The notes beneath the pieces were generated by a model. It did no database searches, was not told the DNA's origin, and saw only the letters and a list, made by a program, of their open reading frames with translations. Below are positions 59,136 to 64,000 of a DNA stretch of 64,000 bases, piece by piece. How positions within the stretch are numbered: position 1 is the stretch's first letter; every line of letters begins with the position of its first letter. Location: positions 3,516,831-3,580,830 of the forward strand of contig CM082578.2 of NCBI GenBank assembly GCA_040954595.2. The letters run 5' to 3'. A program made the translations under genes and the position numbers. The DNA is from Balanoglossus misakiensis (taxonomy: Eukaryota > Animalia > Hemichordata).

Positions 59136-60461
59136 GTGCCCCAAAATACAAGATATTGCCCCTACAATCATTGATATTTTAATCATAGGTTTTGTAAATC
59201 ATCATGAGAACTCACCAAAGAACCTTCAAATCAAATTATTTCGAAGCAATGGGGGAAGAGGGTTCTTAGAAAGAGTTTTGACCAAAAATGGCAAAATTCG
59301 CCCCAAAAATATGCTATTAAATTCTTCAAGTTGATTTGAAAAACATACATGCAAATCTTACTTGGGTCCCCTAAGAACATGCCTACCAAATTTCAATGCA
59401 ATCTGACAAGCGGTTTTGATCCAAAAAGACAAAAATTATAATTAAAGCTGCAAGCAGCATTGAAGGGGCCCAAGCAAATAGAGATAATCATGACAAATCC
59501 ATTGCATCAAATATCAATGCTGTATCTGCTGTGGATGCTGTGATTTGTGAAAGTAGGTCAAAGGTCACCCGAGGTCACCCAACATTTGGGGAAATAATTG
59601 AGCCCATACCGGTCCATGTCCAACAAAAACAAACATGTGGCTCTATTGGATCGCCTGTAATTATATATGCGTATATTTAATGAGGTCAGCAGGTGTCACA
59701 AAATTTGGCTTTTCATTTTGGTCTCATCCTGCCAAATGCCAAGGCTGTTTCTGCTCTGGATGCCGATATATGCGAAAGTAGGTCAATGGTCACCTGAGAT
59801 CACCCAAAATTTGGGCGAAAAGTTTTGAACCATATTGGTTCCATGGACAAGAATTACTGAACGAAATCTGATTTCACTATGGGAATACCTTTGATGTAAG
59901 CTCACAATGTGAATTTTCTAAAGCGTATTCTCTCCTGCCTGCATAGCTGTCTGTCTGTCCATCTGTATATAGCGACCAGATCGACATGTACAATTGTTAA
60001 CATGCAGGTGAAGATGGGTATTTAATGTCCGAACTAATTAGTTGCCAATGCAACATCTTGAAAGCGCATGGCGTACATTACCTCAATCAACATTTGCCAT
60101 TCGCTTTTTAGAAATGTGCCGGGGGTCACCTTTGACATGACCAACCGATCCACCCTCGCATAATAAATGAAAATTCCCTAATCGTGATTAAAACGTAAAT
60201 CCAACAAATATGCAGGAAAGGATGCACCACAGTGTATCTTTACCATAAACAATTTCGGGAAGTATTGTTAAAAGAGTTACAGAATACAACGACTCGAGAC
60301 TTTTCATACCATGCTAGTTATTTTTATTACGTTCATAATGGACAATATCAAGATTTGATGCCAACCCACCACTACCTATTATGAATTTCAACATGTCGTT
60401 TGACAAAAATATCTCTCCACTGTCTTTGTCTAAATCATGATGTATTCAGCTGTAGTTTATG

Positions 60462-61911
60462 TTAGACACCTGAAAGATACAAACATCTCAATGTTAAATA
60501 TGCGTAAGTATAACTTTGAATATAACATCTCAATGGCCCTCAAATATGATTCTCATAGCGCATTCAGAGAGCCGAACAAGAAACATGGTTGATACAAAGA
60601 ACGCGAATAATGAAAGAAATGGCCAAAGCTGCAGTTGATTGATCTTTGAACCTTACCTGATCTATCAACAACGCCCATGACGGCATCTGAATCCACTATT
60701 TTCGCTGGTATTGGATTCTTTAACCAGCATTTGCCAGTATTTTTTCTGAAAGTCCATCCGAGACACTGACTGTTGCGTTTGCAATCTTCACAACATTCTT
60801 CTGGACTGCTCTTGATGTTTTGGTATCCGTCATTTATGTCGTTTCCAGGTGTGGCGAAACCATCTTCCATGTTACAGCCTACGCCTGTGATATATATTAA
60901 GAATATATTATTGGTGTTGAAAACAATGTCCATCGCATTGATAAACGTACATATTGCATCAAGTTCTTTCCAAATCCAAATAGTCAATATTGAAATATCG
61001 ACACGAGTACAGGCCCAACGCTCGATGGGATTTAGGCCTATTTTGAAAATTGTCAAAAATGACAAATTCCCGAACTTGCTAATATTGGCCATTCTGTCAT
61101 TTTTGGACGTTTTTCATGGGTTATATATATATAGCTCATGAAAATTGTCCATTCATATCCCTCGTTAACGTTTGTCTCTCTTCCAGCATACGTGTACATG
61201 TACGCTTTGAATTAGAGGGACTTGCCCCTCCAGAGCGTTTGAATGGGTGTCAAGCAAGCCCATTACAAAATTAAATTTACATATGAAAATGTGTCAAACT
61301 GAACATTTTAGTACTAACCATACTCGCATCCACGAAGAAAGGCAAACTGGCAAAAAAACAGACAAAGGTTACTAATTACTGCGATGATTTTTTAGGCTCA
61401 TATTTGTTCAAAATACACGGTCAGAGATCTGTTTGAGATAGTCAATGGAAATATTGATACAGTGCAGTGGTCGCCAGACTTGCGTTTTCACAGACCTTCG
61501 GGGGGGGGGGGGTGGGGAAACGATTTCATCCCCAAGTTTGAAAAAACGCTGCGTGATTTCTGTTTGAAATTTGTGCATTCAAATTGAAGATATTACACCT
61601 CAAGTTGAAACTTTCAATCACAGTTCGGGGTGGGCGCTCGACCGAAATACGATAATTGCACGATTAAAGTCAGCCTTACATATTTGTCGTTTCGGTATTC
61701 GAAACTTTCTTCAAAATGTGAATTGGCCAACGGACATGCAGTGACAATCGTTTACCACCCGTAATTATGAACTTCGGTTAACGCACTCAAACGCTCTCAA
61801 AAGCAACCGAGACATTAAAAAATAGTTGTTGCCAGCGCTGCATGCAAATTTTACACTTACCTGACAAAGTGCCACTGCAAGGAGGACCGAAGCCTTCATC
61901 ACGATACCCAT
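60462..61911 (-). CDS. Small secreted PAN/apple-domain protein gene (signal exon 61861-61911, PAN exon 60657-60884, stop exon 60462-60469)
   Basis: MGIVMKASVLLAVALCQ; GND...SPEECCEDCKRNSQCLGWTF...CWLK. Exon 1 and exon 2 phases disagree, so the model is incomplete. Confidence 0.65.
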
Positions 61912-63219
61912 ACTTCTTGCTGATCGTTTGGCTGTTCGTTCGCAGTCAGGAGCACCAACTGTAGTGAGATTTTCCGTCCAACAACTCTGCTTTATATGCA
62001 CCTCGTTGAGATAATAAACTTAAAAACGGCTTTGGATTAGTCAGTTGCTCCTCCAGCCAAACTACAATTACAGATCCGCGTTTCTTTAGCATTGCATTGA
62101 CATACGGGTATTTTCAAAATTTCATAATTTGATAATAACCCGCTTTAGGGTAGCCTATGTACTTTTTGTTCAATCTGTTACGAGTGCTTACATTCCCACA
62201 CTTCACTTCCGTAATAATGTAAGGCACACCAATTGAATCAGGTAATTTAAATGGTAGCAGTTGAAATCAAAACGTTGGAGACTTCTTCATGTGGCAATTA
62301 AGCAAAAAAGCCCATCATCATAAGCGGGCTTGGGCTATTCCAAAACCGAATTCCAACAAAGCATGAATTTACGGTGATTTTGCAGAAAGGCACACCCGCC
62401 ATCTTGAAAACTTGTTAGTCAGGGTTACTATATGGAGAAAGACTAACCAGGAGGTATTTATAATACAAGTGAGAACATGTCAATAATCTGCACTAGTTCC
62501 CGCTCTTTCTTGCTTGTGAAATTAACAATTGGCAGCACACAAAGAACCGGAATTAAATGTATTTCTGTGCAAACTATAACAATATTGACTCTAATTTAAG
62601 GCTATTACAAATCGTTCGTTTGCAGAAGTAGAATTGCTAAATCATATGCTGTTGATTTTTGCATACTAGTATGTACTGCAGATTATTCTGTGGTTCGCGA
62701 CCTCAAAACTGTGGTATTACATCTCATTATTATGAGAATGAAGAAAATATTCCCTTTCAAAATTCAATTATTTTCGGAGCATTTGTTGAATAGACTATTG
62801 TCAAGCAAGTTCAATTTTTCACTTGGTCAGTTTTTCTCTTAATATTTACAACAAATCCCACGTATAACCTGTCAAAACTAAAATATAGAGCGAAGGAAGA
62901 TTATTATAAGCAAATGCAATGACGATAGCAAGATGTTCAAAGATGGCAGACCAATGGTTGACCCCATATGGAAGCAGTATAATGTTGTTCCCGTTACCCA
63001 GTTAAATAGAGCTAAAACCTTGAAATTAGGTGTGTCAGTGCATCGTCTGGCCTTGTCCCAAATATAGATGAGGGATAATGTTTTCTGTAATGCAAGTGAG
63101 GACATGTCAGTAATCTACACTAGTTCCCGCTCTTTCTTGCTTGTGAAATTAACAATTGGCAGCACATAAAGAACCAGATTAAAATTTATTTCATTGAAAT
63201 AGTATGACAATATTGGATT

Positions 63220-63295
63220 TCTGAGATCTTGATACCCGTTGTTGAGGTCATTTCCGGGTCTTGCGACGCTATCTTCAAAGCAGCATCCTACGAAA
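63220..63295 (-). pseudogene. Degenerate second PAN-domain exon fragment
   Basis: VGCCFEDSVARPGNDLNNGYQD resembles VGCNMEDGFATPGNDINDGYQN. Confidence 0.55.
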
Positions 63296-63429
63296 TCAAC
63301 AGGCAATTGCCGTTGCAGTGGCAGATGACATGACCGTAGACGCTCTTTCAACTGTACAGTAACAATATTGATTGTCTGCTTGAGGGAGCCCAACAAGAAA
63401 CCATGGTTGATACAAAGAACACGAATAAA

Positions 63430-64000
63430 TACAGCTGCAAGCAGCAATGGCGGGGCCCAAGCCGGAATGGTCATCTGAGGTCACCCGAAATTTGGGCAAA
63501 CATTTTTGACCCCATACTGGTCCAGGTCCATCAGAAACCAAACCTTCAGCCTTACTGGTTCGCCTGGAATTAGGTATGCACATAATTAATGAGATAAACT
63601 GATGTCACAGGTGGCCTCAAAAACGCCAAGTCTGTACCTGCTCTGGATGCTAAGATATGGTAAAGTAGGTCAAAGGTCACCTGAGGTCATGCAAAATTTG
63701 GGCAAGAAATTTTGACCCTATACTGGTCCATGTTCAACAAAAACCAAACCTATAGCCCTATTGGTTAGCCTGGAATTAGGTATGCACATAATTAATGAGA
63801 TATGCAGGTGTCACAGGTGACCCCCATTTTGGCTTTTCAATTTTAGTCCCAACCCTCCAAACGCCAAGTCTGAACCTGCTGTGGATGCCGAGATATAGTA
63901 GTAAAATATATAGTAGATAAAGTAGGTCAAAGTTCACCTGAGGTCACCCAAAATTTGGGCAAGAAATTTTGACCCTATACTGGTCCATGTTCCATAAGAA
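63430..64000 (+). repeat. Interspersed repeat with GAGGTCA/GGTCAAAGGTCA tandem units; related copy at ~59445-59860
   Basis: Shared head AGCTGCAAGCAGCA...GGGGCCCAAGC and repeated AAAGTAGGTCAAAGGTCACC units. Confidence 0.7.

Overview
This is animal (marine-invertebrate-like) genomic DNA, dense in nested transposable elements. The centrepiece is an apparently intact 14.8-kb Polinton/Maverick (adintovirus-type endogenous dsDNA virus) at 27075-41891. It has AGTAGT...ACTACT ends, ~700-bp TIRs and a GACCCC 6-bp TSD. It encodes pPolB, a packaging ATPase, an adenain protease, major and minor capsid proteins, an integrase-chromodomain, two small putative virion proteins, a PC4-like ssDNA-binding protein and orphan ORFs. 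The Polinton sits inside the gag gene of an unusual minus-strand Gypsy-type LTR element (24220-43406; 184-bp LTRs, TAAG TSD). That element has lost RT/RNaseH/integrase but carries a ComEA-like helix-hairpin-helix domain at the Gag N-terminus and a TatD-like DNase domain after the protease. Host genes reconstructed by hand are: (1) a multi-exon signal peptide + C-type lectin + GAIN/GPS gene (5196-22933) that appears to stop right after the GPS site with no membrane domain, and holds an old BEL/Pao element in one intron; (2) an acyl-CoA synthetase with an intronless CDS plus a decayed tandem duplicate; and (3) a small PAN/apple-domain gene. LINE fragments, a 243-bp satellite, a foldback MITE and hairpin elements fill the rest. 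All family assignments come from motif recognition, without database searches.
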